From Amoebidium appalachense (lineage: Eukaryota > Protista > Ichthyosporea), in the NCBI GenBank assembly GCA_963693365.1, contig CAVNZM010000003.1, forward strand, positions 1,576,768 through 1,640,767: a stretch of 64,000 nucleotides of DNA. The letters run 5' to 3'. Below are positions 38,135 through 64,000 of the stretch, piece by piece; the first letter of the stretch is position 1, and each line of letters starts with the position of its first letter. The position numbers and the translations under genes are program-made. The notes under the pieces were generated by a model. The model saw only the letters and a program-made list of their open reading frames with translations. It ran no database searches and was not told the DNA's origin.

Positions 38135-39137
38135 TTTGCGCCTATTTTGGGGTGAACTGGGCTATTAATAGTGCTGTTTTGTGTGTGGTGTGGTGGATGG
38201 TGGTGGTTGGGATACTTTGACGGTATGAGAGTGTGATTGGTTGGTTGGTGGTTTGTGTGGGTTTTAAAAAGGCGGAGTGTTGGGAAGGGGGCAGAAATAC
38301 ATGCATGCAGTCGGTTGATTGGGTGACTAACGTGCTGATTTTTAAAAAATCAAGTCGTGCATGTGCGGTGTGCTACTGATGCTACAATTTGTTCGGTACA
38401 AATAGCTGTAGGGTATCTTTTCCAAAGAAGTTTTTGCTTTGATTCGTTGTATGCCTTTATTGATTTATTAGGTGACCATTAATATTCAATTCAGTATGAT
38501 ATAGTTTTTTTTTGATATTCCTAATCATGACACTCGGCACACATAGCCCGCTTAGGGATTTCTAGGAATTTCGGTATTTGTCCTCCGGGATATGTTACCT
38601 CCAATACTTGATTACTTGTGTTGCTCTCCCCTTTTGCCCCCGTTTGTTATCGTAAATCAAAAGGCCAATTTATATTCACGTGCTATTATAATTACCATAA
38701 TACTTGTATTATGTATTGTACGATTTCTACTGCTTTCTGCGACTGTTGTGATTGCTTGTATTCTCGACCAGTATTGGTTATTTGTTGTATGGGTCCTGTG
38801 TAATATTTTATAACATGATATTTGTTTTGATCCAATGTATTGGCTTTCACGGTTTATATATAGGTGTATCGTTTTATGGATAAACGTTTGCCTTTGGTTG
38901 ACATTGTAGGCTGTAACGACGTTTTACGTTACATTACATACCTTACAAACACAATTACGTGTACTAAGTACACGGCTGTAAACTATTTAAACAATTAAAA
39001 AAGGGTATCACCGAAAACCTGATAATAAACCGTAGACAGGTGCCCACTAAATTTGTGCCACTCCATGGCTTTAATTTCAAGGTTGATAATCCTCCCCCCT
39101 CCCCCGGGCGGATATATATGACTTTGAGGGGTGTGGT

Positions 39138-39170
<33 letters not shown>

Positions 39171-39306
39171 CTTATGAAAGCCGATTCTTATATAACGGGC
39201 TACGAAGCAGGCCAAGCGCATCACTGCAGCTGTGCGATTTATAAATTTTGTTTTCAATTTATGAGGCTGACAGTGTTTTTCTCACCGTTTTTCTTTTTTC
39301 CCCCTT

Positions 39307-39380
<74 letters not shown>

Positions 39381-39499
39381 ATCATACATATGAACCCAGA
39401 AGGCAAGTGGAGAGTTCATTGCCGGCCTGATGAAAAAAGGCTAACAGTACATATCGAATCAACAAGAAAGAGGAGGCAACACGCAATAAAAGGTAACCA

Positions 39500-39541
<42 letters not shown>

Positions 39542-40242
39542 CTTTCCTTCCACGTACACACATACACGCACACACACACACACGTGGGCCACGGTAGGGA
39601 ACTTCTGAGCTACCGACGGCCGTGACAGTATCTCGCGCAACGAGTAGGCCTGGTCCAAATGTTGAGTTGGTCATTGAGGCATTCACCTGAGATGTGAGCC
39701 GGCATTTCTTCTCATGACTTGAACTTACCGTCTCAATGGCTAGGCCAAGCTGATGTGCACGTGAGATGCAACCAATACCCTTGCATGCATGAGGTCCCCC
39801 CTAATGCTTTTACGAGTGTGATGACTACTGTACTGACTTGAAACATATGTAGTCGACATAGGAACACAAAAGGTTTTCAGATGGGGTGGGGTGATGGGAA
39901 TGAAAGCATGAACATCGGATACGAGGAGAGAGTTCATACGGAACCTGGTCCGATGGCATACCAATGTAGATGTTTATTATAATAGATGGCATGCCAATGT
40001 AGATGTTTATTAATTAATATTCGGCAAAAGAAAGGGGTGGATGATCTCTCAAGTCCGGATAAAATAAAATCCCTTCTCCTTTCATGCAACTCAAGCTGCA
40101 TTGTCAAAAGTGACAGATCACCCACTAGATCTAGGCACGAGTCCATGGTTGATGTATGTTGAGACTTTTATCAGTTGATTGGGGGATAGTGAGATAAGCC
40201 TTGTTTGCAAAATAGATCTAGACCATGACCAGAGAGGGCGAG

Positions 40243-40287
<45 letters not shown>

Positions 40288-40356
40288 ATGCACACACACA
40301 CACACACACCTCACACACTTACTCGCTTACCTACCCACCACAACCACCACTACTAC

Positions 40357-40394
<38 letters not shown>

Positions 40395-41021
40395 TTCCCC
40401 TCCATCCCCCTCCCCAAACTAATGTATAGATCACCCGTACATACATAATTTGCTTCATCAGTGACACCTGGCAGTCCTGTTTTAGACCATTTTCACTTTG
40501 AAAGAATGTTAAGGTGCTATACATTGGTAAACCTGCAAGACTTTTACTTCGTCATACTAGACGAAGCAATATAGTAGTTATATTTGGTTGGATATGCTAT
40601 ATTAGTGAAACGGAGTCTTAATATATGAACATGGCTCTAAAAGGTGCTGGGAGTATGGAGAAAGGGGACGAGGAGGAGGGGGAGGGGGGAGGGGGGGGGG
40701 GGGGTGTTTCCGAAAGGCTTTGGCAGTAGTTTGAACGTAAGGGAATAAAGTGGGGGGCCGTTCATGGTTTCAAGAATACTGTTTGTTAAAACAGCTAATA
40801 CTCTTGCCGCAGCATGATTTTTTCCCACTCTCTCTTGAATTCAGTATAGTACAGTTTACTGCCCAGCTTCGGGTGATGCAGGCCTCGTGTTTCACACCTT
40901 CTGAATAATTTCAACCCAGAATTTTTTTAATCTGTCGCTTTCTCCAATAATGCAATTGAGCCTGTGGAGGTGATTAGAACCTTACGACCCTTCACAGTAT
41001 TGCAATTGCGCATGAGTGTGT

Positions 41022-41089
<68 letters not shown>

Positions 41090-42202
41090 CGCGCGTGTGC
41101 ACACACCTTTGCGTGACAGTGTGTGCGTGTGCGTTTTGTGTGTGTAGGGAGGCATCTACCGCTGGCAACGGTGGTATAGTACGTTTCTCTTACGCAGTTC
41201 CAACTAAATGACATTGTCAAACACCAAGGCATCCATATGAGGTCTTTGCCAGCATTTTGCCCTCTAAATCAAACTGACATGAGATCTAAGTATTGGGACT
41301 TTTCCTACGTGCAGTGTGGTTTCCTTTTTTTGTAATTGCACATTCGTGCCATCATCAAGTATTTTCAGAGGTGAGACCGGCATAGGGGACAAAATGGCCC
41401 CACAAAAACTGGAGTGGGTGGCCTTTGGGCTCTGCAAGGAAAACCTGCAAGTCCCTCAATCCTGCAGCCCACTGGCTGCATGGTTCATTAGGCCGATCAC
41501 CCAAAAGATATAGGCCCCGGCCCATGCTTAACCTTTGTTAACAGTTTTGGGTATCCGATTGTTGGATAAGGGCAAACTGAGGCGAGTCTCAGGGAAGTTA
41601 AACCCACCCCCCTCCCCCCCCTCCCCTCTCCCGGCCCACTCTAACCCCCCTTCCCCCCTCCCCCCCACACCATTACGCCCCCACCCACTCACCCAATCAC
41701 CCACACCATCTGATTGCTAATCTGGGCTGATCTTTTCATTCATCCCCACCCTTTGTCATAGTCTTGTACTTCCCAAGACTTGATGTTGCTCTATGTCATG
41801 GATATCTAAGCGTTTTTGTGCAGCATTTGCATAAAAGACAATGAACTTTTTTCCATGTTATCGTAATACCATGATTGTGCAAGTTATCCGTGTTCCTGTG
41901 TGTGCAGCAGACTGCGTGCTTAGCTGGATCGGAGAGGGGGGGGGGGGGGGGGGGGATGCCGGGCCCCGGGGATCATTCATAGTATATTCCTCAGTATACT
42001 ATTCCAAATCAAGGGACAAAGGTTGACAAACGGTATCACGGATTTTAGATCAGGATATCGGTCCAGTCTTGTTATTCATGGCTATTATTCTTGTTCACAT
42101 TATTCAAATAATACTGGTAATGATATTACCATTATTGAATTTATCATAATCATTATTAATGTCGGTATTTTATTAATACTCATTACTTGTAAAGAAGAAT
42201 GT

Positions 42203-42275
<73 letters not shown>

Positions 42276-42349
42276 AGGGGAAGTTGTGTGCTTGTGCGTG
42301 ACTTGCGTGTAGGCACACAAGCTTTTTGGTTTCTCCCTCTCCTAAGGTT

Positions 42350-42386
<37 letters not shown>

Positions 42387-42583
42387 GTTTCATTCCTTTT
42401 TTGGGGAGGGGGAGGGCCGGAGGGGGGGGGGGGGGGGGGGGGGGGGAGAGGAGGAAATAAATTGTGATGTCAAGCCTAACTACAGATTGAAAAGAATGGC
42501 CGAGATTTTATTAACAATTCTCGGCGCAGGGGCGGGTGGTGGTGGTGGTGGTGGTTGTGGTGGTGGTGGTGGTGGTGGGGGGT

Positions 42584-42614
<31 letters not shown>

Positions 42615-43018
42615 TTGATCTTCAAAGAGAGAATTCGATTGAAATCCGAATGTGGTACTTTACGGAACATACACCTGCAAGTGCACACGTATGCGCTACT
42701 CGCCTAATCATTTGCTCTTTCAAAGCTGCTGTATGGTTTTTCCTTGTGATGTCGCCGTGGCAAGCCTCATTGGGGAGAGAGGGGAAGCAACAGTTGGGCA
42801 GGTGCACATGTGTGATTTTTTTACCCTCACAGTTATATTCCTCCTTTTTAAGTCGTTTTTAAAAAACTTTTTGTTTTCCGCGCCAAATCTTCCCGTCGAT
42901 TATTCTATGTTTGGCTAATTGGTGCAATCGCACGAAAATTATTGACCCATTCAAAAAAAATTGATAGTTGCGATTTTCCTACTTCTTTAGTCGTTTCTAT
43001 CATGGCATGTGAATACTA

Positions 43019-44252
43019 TTTTCCTAGCTCTAGACGTTTTTTTCACTTCCTGTTTATTTCGAGCGGCGGCCTCTGCCCGCTTCCCATTGTTAAATATCAC
43101 TATAAAATTCTCAGCGACCCCATTTTTTCTACCCGTTTTACTGGTAACAGCGATGCCCTCTTGGTAAAGTAGCTCTCCCTAACAGAACTCTTACTTTAGA
43201 GACATTTTCCTAGCTCTAGACATTTTTTCCACTTCCTGTTTGTTTCTGAGCGGCGGCCTCTGCCTGCTGATCATTACCAAATATCATTTGAAATTATCAG
43301 ATACCCCATTTTCAGATACCCCATTTTTTTCTGCCCGTGTTACTGGTAACAGCACTGCTCTCTAGGTCAAGTAGCTCTCCCTAACAGAACTGTTACTTTA
43401 GAGACATTTTCCTAGCTCTAGACGTTTTTTCACTTCCTGTTTGTTTCTGAGCGGCGGCCTCTGCCCGCTTATCATTGTTGAATATCACTATAAAATTCTC
43501 AGAGACCCCATTTTGTTGTGCCCATGTTACTGGTAACAGCGCTGCCCTCTTGTTTAAAATGCTCTCCCTAACAGACCTGTTACTTTAAAGATTTTTTCTT
43601 AGCTCTAGACTTTTTTCCACTTCCTGTTTGTTTCTGAGCGGCGGCCTCTGCCTGCTGATCATTACCAAATATCATTTGAAATTATCAGATACCCCATTTT
43701 TTTTCTGCCCGTGTTTCTGGTAACAGCACTGCCCTCTTGGTTAAGTAGCTCTCCCTAACAGAACTGTTACTTTAGAGACATTTTCCTAGCTCTAGACGTT
43801 TTTTCACTTCCTGTTTGTTTCTGAGCGGCGGCCTCTGCCCGCTTATCATTGTTAAATATCACTATAAAATTCTCAGAGACCCCATTTTGTTGTGCCCATG
43901 TTACTGCAGCAGCGCTGCTCTCTTGTTCAAAGAGCTCTCCCTAACAGAACTGTTACTTTAAAGATTTTTTCCTAGCTCTAGACTTTTTTCCACTTCCTGT
44001 TTGTTTCTGAGCGGCGGCTTCTGCCTGCTTATCGTTGTTAAATATCACCGTAAAATTCTCAGAGACCCCATTGTTTTCGGACCCATGTTAATGGTAACAG
44101 CGCTGCACTCTTGAATAAAAAAAATTTCCCTAACAGAACTGCTGCTTTAGAGATATTTTCCTAGCTCTAGACGTTTTTTCACTTCCTGTTTGTTTCTGAG
44201 CGGCGGCTTCTGCCTACTTATCAATGCCAAATATCACTACAAAATTCTCAGA
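43019..44252. repeat. ~187-bp tandem satellite, ~6.5 copies
   Basis: Units beginning ttttcctagctctagac...cacttcctgtttgtttctgagcggcggc at 43019, 43205, 43407, 43594, 43781, 43967 and 44156. Confidence 0.92.
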
Positions 44253-44259
44253 GAATGGG

Positions 44260-44434
<175 letters not shown>

Positions 44435-44454
44435 TTTTTTGGGGGGGAGGGGAG

Positions 44455-44633
44455 GGGGTGATGATCGTGGGGTGGGGGGGAAATAGCACATGTGTTTCGC
44501 ATTATCGATATCCACATTTCATCAACATGGAGCTATAATAATTTCCCCGGGAGGAAGGGGGGGGGGGGAGGGGGGGGGATGGTCGTGAAACGGTGGTGGT
44601 TGGAGTGGTGGTTGTGGTGGTGGTTGGAGAGGG

Positions 44634-44676
<43 letters not shown>

Positions 44677-44997
44677 AGGGGCCCGGGAGGGGAGTGGGAG
44701 TTATTGGGGGGGGGGGGGGGGGTGATGATGGTGGGGTGGGGGAAATAGCACATGTGTTCCGCATTATCCACAATTCACTAACATGGAGCTATTTCCCCCG
44801 GGGGGGGGGGGGGGGGGGGGGAGGGGGGGAGGGGGGGGGGGGGGGGGGGGGGGGGGAGATGGTCGTGTGACGGTGGTGGTTGGAGTGATGGTTGTGGTGG
44901 TGGTTGGAAGAGGGGGGGGGGGGGGGGGGGGAGAGGGAAAGGGGCCCAGGAGGGGAGTGGGAGTTGATTGGGAGGGGGGGGGGGGGGGGGGGGGGAG
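44455..44997. repeat. Tandem duplication of a ~270-bp unit containing poly-G tracts
   Basis: gtgatgat.gtggggtgggggaaatagcacatgtgtt..gcattatc...aacatggagctat...gatggtcgtg...gggcccRggaggggagtgggagtt occurs twice. Confidence 0.8.
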
Positions 44998-45088
44998 TTT
45001 GTGAGTAAAATCTTTGTATGGACCTTATCTGACCCACACTTTATGACAAACACACAGACGGACGGGGCCGTTTGAAAGGAGTCTGGAA

Positions 45089-45179
45089 GTCGAAGCATCT
45101 GCAGGTCCGTGAATTCAAGTCGAAGCATCTGCAGGTCCGTGAATTCAAATCGAAGCATCTGCAGGTCCGTGAATTCAAA
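45089..45179. repeat. 30-bp tandem repeat x3
   Basis: Unit (g/a)tcgaagcatctgcaggtccgtgaattcaa. Confidence 0.9.
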
Positions 45180-45663
45180 TGAGTACCCGCAGCGATGGGA
45201 GAGTGTATAGGGTGTGTCACCGGGATGGATCACCGTGAGTTGGTTTACAGTTTTTACATGTTTGTTGCACATGTTCATGGCATGAAGAGTTGAATAGTGA
45301 TTAGATTATTATATCAGTAGGTTTCGTTAGACTGAAAAAGAGGTTTTGTTTCTAGATCTGATAACGGGCTCAGAAGTTGTGTATTTTATTCTGTATTGTT
45401 AGTTGTGTTGCAGGCAGGCAAATTTTGTATTTCTTCTTATTTGGAATCTGATTCTAATTGGGCTATTAGTCACTGGCTTGAGCTCGAGTAATGGGAGGGA
45501 TGCACGGAGGGGGGGGGGGGGGGGGGGGGGGTGATATTACGCAAACTAGACCTGGTTGTTGTAAACCGATTTCGGAAGTGGAGGGGGACAAATGGAGGTT
45601 CTTTGCGGGGAGAGAGAGAGAGAGGGGAGGGGGGGGGGGAGAGGAGGAGGAGGGGGGGGGGGG

Positions 45664-45704
<41 letters not shown>

Positions 45705-45860
45705 AGGGAGGGAGGGAGGGAGGGAGGGAGGGAGGGAGGGAGGGAGGGAGGGAGGACGGGTGGGGTTGGGAGATTAAGAGGTTGGGTGTTTTTTTTCTTT
45801 TCTTTTTTTTTTTTTTTTTTATCTTATTTTTATTTTTATTTTTATTTATTTATTTATTTT

Positions 45861-45902
<42 letters not shown>

Positions 45903-46419
45903 AAAACGGGGCAAACCAACTTTGGGTATCTTTATGTAACAATTAGACACACTGTTTTGCATCTTCGTGCACATCATCATAATATTTTGTAAATATTGTA
46001 TACTACTTCTGCCAAGCTTTAGGCAAAAAACTGTGTCATAATAAACTAATTAGGTTCTGAAGTAAAGGTTTTTAAATTCATGACAACATTGATTACTAAC
46101 AACAACGAGATATTAAACTCAAAGGACATAAACTTTTTGTATGCCTTTGGCTGCATGAGTATATATACCCTGTCGGAATCTGAATCTTGAACAAGATTTA
46201 CCCCGAATTGTTATATTGGGATCTAGGCATGCGCCGTTGACTGCACATGCGAAAATCCATAACCACGAATCCGGATATATGAAAACTATTCTAGTGCAAC
46301 ATGGATATCTACAAAAAAATGTTATGTGATCATACCGGATATCAAGTAAAAAGCGATAGAATGTATTAGAAGAAAGCTCCTGGATATGTACAAAAAGGAT
46401 CGATCTCAACTCTCAGCAG

Positions 46420-46455
<36 letters not shown>

Positions 46456-46628
46456 CTCCCCCCCACCTTTTGATATACAACACGCAACCATACACATGCA
46501 CACACACACACGTACCAAGACAAATCAACCCACCCACATCACCACCCAGCCATCGGTACCCACCTATCCCACAAGACCTTCCAAACAAACAGTACTCGTA
46601 CACCACATCAGAAGACGTTGGTTCAAAA

Positions 46629-46675
<47 letters not shown>

Positions 46676-46841
46676 CCCCCTCCCCCCCCCCCCCCCCACC
46701 CGGCCCAAACCCCACTCCCCCTCTCTCAACCCCCTCCCCGGGAAACGCCGGGAGGAAACAAACAATATGAACGAAAGAAAACACGAAAAACTGGAGGGGG
46801 AAAAAACTGAAAACCTGCCATTGAGACCAATGTTCCATTTA

Positions 46842-47349
46842 TCACAACAGTAACGACCCCCCCTCCAGCTGTAAGGGCTGGCCCTTTTCCGGCAGGGTGG
46901 TCAGATTCAGGTACCTCACCACCCACGGCCACATGCCCCACGTATTGAAGAAAAAGTCCGGGTCCCTGTCCTGAAATTCCACCCGCAAAAATCCCACCAG
47001 AATGTATCGTGTCCCCCCCGTGATGGCGATGCCTGCGTGCCTTATCCTCGCCGGATGAAGAAGCAATCTCCCCTTGTTTATACGGACGGTTTTTTCGAAT
47101 GGACGGATATAGGTACCCCCCGACTCGTAATCGTTCAGATCTGATAGCATCAGATTAAAGGTCATATCCCCCCCATCTACGTGCTCGTCTAGACTTGCTT
47201 GCACGTGCGAAGTGTACCTGTTGGAAAATGAGAAAATGAGTAAAAGAGAACCATATTGGGCAATGGATGGGGTATTGTGAATCGAGGATTGTCATTGAGT
47301 GGGCGAACTTAGCGTGAAAATGTTAGTGTGCGGATGCGGGACGTGTGGG

Positions 47350-47382
<33 letters not shown>

Positions 47383-48738
47383 GCGCGGCCACACACACAC
47401 CGTAAGTCATGATCAGGATGTGTGTATGTGTGGCCCCTCCACTCTCTCACTTCTCCTCCCCCCCCCCCCCCCCCCTCTTCCCGCCCGCGCCACCACCACC
47501 ACCACCACACACACATCCATTCCTTTCTTCCTTCTCCGTAGCCTATCTAGGTGCATGTGGACCGGGGTGCGGCGCATATCATACGGGAATCGTCATGTGA
47601 GGTTGAAATAAAAACAAAAGAGGGGATGGCAAGGGGCAGGAGGGACGGCGCGGGGGGAGGGGGGGGAGGGGGTTTGAATGCGGAACCGGGTACAAAGTAC
47701 ATATACACGATGAGACGCATGGTGAAGGACACATGCAAAGGAAAACATTCAAGTATGCAACATCAGCAGGGGGGGGGGGGGGGAGGGGGGTAATAATAGT
47801 GTACGGTGTAACGTAAGCAGGAGTGGTTCTACCAACAACAAATTATCAATAAAGTGTGCCCCAATCATGTTGGTTCAAACATGGCAGCAAACAGGGTTGG
47901 AAAAAAGAGCAGAAAAATGAGTCGTAAATCATGGCAAACGTGGATAAGCCTCCGCCAACCCTCTGCCCCCCCCTCCCCCCCCCCCCCCCCCCCCCACACA
48001 CACACACGCGTTCTCCCCCCCCCCCCCCCAAAAAAAAAAAAAAAAAAAAACACACGACCCCTCCTCCAAATGCGATTCAATATCCACAAAGGGTAGAGCT
48101 CTCACAAGTCCATCTTGTTTTCTATCCACCCCCTCCCCCCCCCCCCCCCCCCCCAAAAAAAAAAACCAAAAAAAAAAAACAATGCCTTTCCCCCGCATTT
48201 AACCTATCCCCCCCCCCCTCCCCTCCCCCCACTTCGGCCTCTGCGCCCACCACCACCACATGCACATGTATACACATACACACACCCTTATATGTCATCC
48301 CCCCCCCCCCCCCCCCCCCCCCTCCCACCTTGCCGGTCTTATTTACCGACATTATCATGGCTCACTTTCTCCACATCCCAAGATATCATGCCCCCCACCC
48401 CCCCCCCCCCTTAAGCATTACTTAGTAGCCCATTCTTTCCCTCTCAATCCAAGAAAGCAAACAAAAAAGGGTTCACCCCTTCCTTCCCTTCCTTTACATT
48501 TCCTGAACTAGATTTTGCATCCCCCCCCCCCCCCCCCCCCTTCCCTCCCCCCTCCATCCCCTTTGCCCCCCTCCCTACCCCACCCCCTCCCCTTCCACAA
48601 TCCCTTATCCAAACAGCTAAGCCCCTCCCCCCCCCCCCCCCTCCCCCCCCCCCCACCTCACACACACACACACACAGCCCCCCCAGCCCGTCCACGGACC
48701 TTTTCAAACCCTAGCTTTTGCCCTTTACCTCTCTCCCT

Positions 48739-48773
<35 letters not shown>

Positions 48774-50076
48774 CCCCCCTCCCCCACACACACCCTTCCC
48801 ATTTCCCCCCATTACCCTCCACCCCCCTCCCCCTCCGTTTCCTCCTCCCCCTCTCCCTTTCCCCCCATCCCCCCCGCCCCCTTCCCCTTTCCCCCCAGGC
48901 CCCACGCCCCTCCGCTCCACTAACCCTTACTTCTCTTTTCCGTGACTCAGTGATTCTCTTCAAGCCAATACAATTGCAGTGCAGAGGCTTTAACCCCCCC
49001 CCCCCCCCCCCCCCCCCCCACCACCACCCCCACTCCCACCACCACCATCACCACCACACACACACACACTCACACACACACTAACGGCACGGGTGCCCCG
49101 AGGGGCTGCCGTTCAACCATCATGGAAAACCAAGAGCAAGCAAGAAGCACAATTAATAAACTCCTTCTCCCGAACAACACTTTGGCATTCTGCAGACCTA
49201 TAAACGGAAGTCAAGCAGCTTACATAGCGCAACATCCAAGGGCAGTTATGTGTGTAAGTGGGTACTTTTGTAGGTGTGTATGTATTTGTGTGTGTGTCTG
49301 AATAGAACCGTGCGTGCATGTGCGTGTTTGGGGGGATGGGGGGAAGGGAGGGGGGAGGAGGGGGGGGGGGAGAGGGGGGAGATGCTTACCGAACAACGAA
49401 GCCATCTGCCAGCCACGTATACCATCCACCGTACTTCTCTTGTATAAACGGGTACAGCCTCTCGATCAGCTTCTTGTTCATGAACTCCGACACCGTCGTG
49501 ATGTTATGAATGGGCATATCATTCGTTGGGTACGCACTGTGTCTATCTACAGTCCACCCACTAACATTTGTAACTTTCAATGTTTCCGCAATCACATAAT
49601 CACATTCCTCCGGTGTGAGAAAGGGGAGCTCGTACATGTCAACGACGGTATTTCTCGGGTAGAAGGATGAAGCAATGGATGAAAGAACCACGAGATAGAA
49701 AAGGTGGACGAAAGGGTTCCATGCGCGATGTTCTTTCCAAATCTTTTGTGCGGCAAAGGTCCAAATGACAACCCACACACACGCAGCTGCAGAGATGTAC
49801 GGGCAGGATTCCATGAAGATTAGGAACTCAATCGTGGGGCTTCCGGCGAGATAATATCCAAAAGCTATCCACCAAGCACTCGCAAGGGAAAACGTGATGC
49901 GTATAACATGACTGCTTGGCATCAGTTTATAATCGAACGAGGGGATCCATGATCCCCGCTCTGGTTTGACGTATCTACGCCAGAGCTTTTGAAGAACAAA
50001 AACAAGAGCAAAAAAAGGAATCATATACATTCTGGTCGAAAAGCTTGTTGCAAAGTAGAACTCGATGAACATCAGC
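46842..50076 (-). CDS. Membrane protein with a C-terminal PLOD/lysyl-hydroxylase-type Fe(II)/2-oxoglutarate dioxygenase domain
   Basis: Exons ~50076-49390 and 47217-46842 are joined by GT-AG intron 49389-47218 (phase 2), restoring FVVR|YTSHVQASLDEHVD. Metal and 2OG motifs: HVD, YESGGT, LLHPARIRHAG, GTRYILVGF; upstream RHSAYPTNDM. Several hydrophobic segments lie N-terminal. Confidence 0.85.
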
Positions 50077-50203
50077 CTAAAAAATGACAACTTGATCAGG
50101 AAAGAATTAGCCTGTTTTCGAGCTGTTTCTGTAAACTTCGGCGACAGCCGGCCAGGCTAGGTATAGTTACTACGTTTGCATTAGTAGCTGTAACGTACCC
50201 TAC

Positions 50204-52617
<2,414 letters not shown>

Positions 52618-53606
52618 ACACAAAATCTTGTGGGCTTGTGGTTTGTGGGTGTCAAATTGCAAGCTCGCGGGAATCTCCAGTCAAGGTTGCACACAGTTTA
52701 TAGTAATTAGATTTGATAAATAAAGTTTTTCAGGTCTATATATACATGTAAGAATTATATGTGACTATTCAATAGGAGCATTACGTTTTTTGCAACAAAA
52801 TATCGCCTTAGCTAGGTCACGACCATCACGTGGCTTGCCAAGTGGAAAATTGTAATCCCCCCCAAAATGTTGTGTTTGGGGATCAAAGTTACTTTCCATA
52901 TTTGGCTACATCATTCGAAAAACCAATCACAAGCCACAAACAATATTTGCGTGATACAAATTCAATCAAAAGGTTCATCATAACGCATTCCCACAACACC
53001 TGGGTGTTGAACATCAAATCGCAAAAGCATCTATGTAAGTCTACAAGTGACGCTTGCATTGTACTTGTTTGAAAAATTATAAACTAGTATGACTTGTGAG
53101 AGTTTTTTCCTCAAACTAAACGTTGGCCTACTCTATGAATTTCGAAGCCCAGGAATAAACTCTGCTGCCACCGGCTTCTTACGGCTGAAACTCAGTCAGC
53201 CAATCATAAACATCTTTGTCGATACGATTGTGCCGCTTTTGTTTTGAAATTCCGCAACTTTTGGAGCAACAAACGAAACGTCAGCCTGTTCAGCCTTTCC
53301 CAACTCCTGTCACCTTAGTGAAAATGACCAAACTGTCTTGATGTTCGAACTGAAGCGTCCCCGAGATTAGTTTAATGAAGGTTTATGTACACCAAATGCG
53401 GTCTAGAACAGAGAAACCAAGCAAGGAGACCTACACGGAGACTGTTAGAGTTCGTGCTCCGGCCTATGGGGCTGGCAAGACTGACAGCAGGCAACCAAAG
53501 TGCTTAGAGTCCCAAGCGTATCAAAGGGGGTTTGGGCACAACATCAGGTGGATTGGAGAGACAAAAGGTCAAAGGTCAGCGGCCTTGTGAGCCGTGTCCG
53601 GGGAAA

Positions 53607-63975
<10,369 letters not shown>

Positions 63976-64000
63976 GTCTGTGCCCCCCCCCCCCCCCCCC

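Noticed and set aside
39586-39800. Minus-strand exon pair separated by a 42-nt GTAAGT...CAG intron-like segment
   Set aside because: The peptide is unrecognisable and could not be extended to a start and stop; insufficient support.

Overview
Eukaryotic, very intron-rich DNA. The animal-type anoctamin and FMNL-type formin suggest a holozoan or close relative (inference). Most of the six-frame ORF track is noise from poly-C/poly-G and (CA)n/(GT)n tracts. Contents, left to right: (1) an intact minus-strand non-LTR retrotransposon (ORF1 3433-2249; APE-RT ORF2 2256 to <1); (2) two foldback/MITE-like elements at 3.7-5.1 kb; (3) a 4-exon, 135-aa hypothetical gene; (4) a ~32-exon anoctamin/TMEM16 gene (15437-38134, +) with one GC-AG intron; (5) a ~187-bp satellite with A/B alternation; (6) a minus-strand membrane-anchored PLOD-type Fe(II)/2OG dioxygenase gene; (7) the 5' part of an FMNL-like formin (53607 to the window end). 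Two signals stand out. First, a dispersed intronic repeat family, always sense to its host gene, has covarying helices and hammerhead-core motifs (NUH, GAAA, CUGAnGA) in a non-canonical order, and usually ends in poly-C. Second, the introns follow a stereotyped pattern: poly-C just behind often weak 5' splice sites, and (CA)n directly abutting some 3' AGs. All gene models and pairings were built by hand and are not backed by RNA data or database searches.
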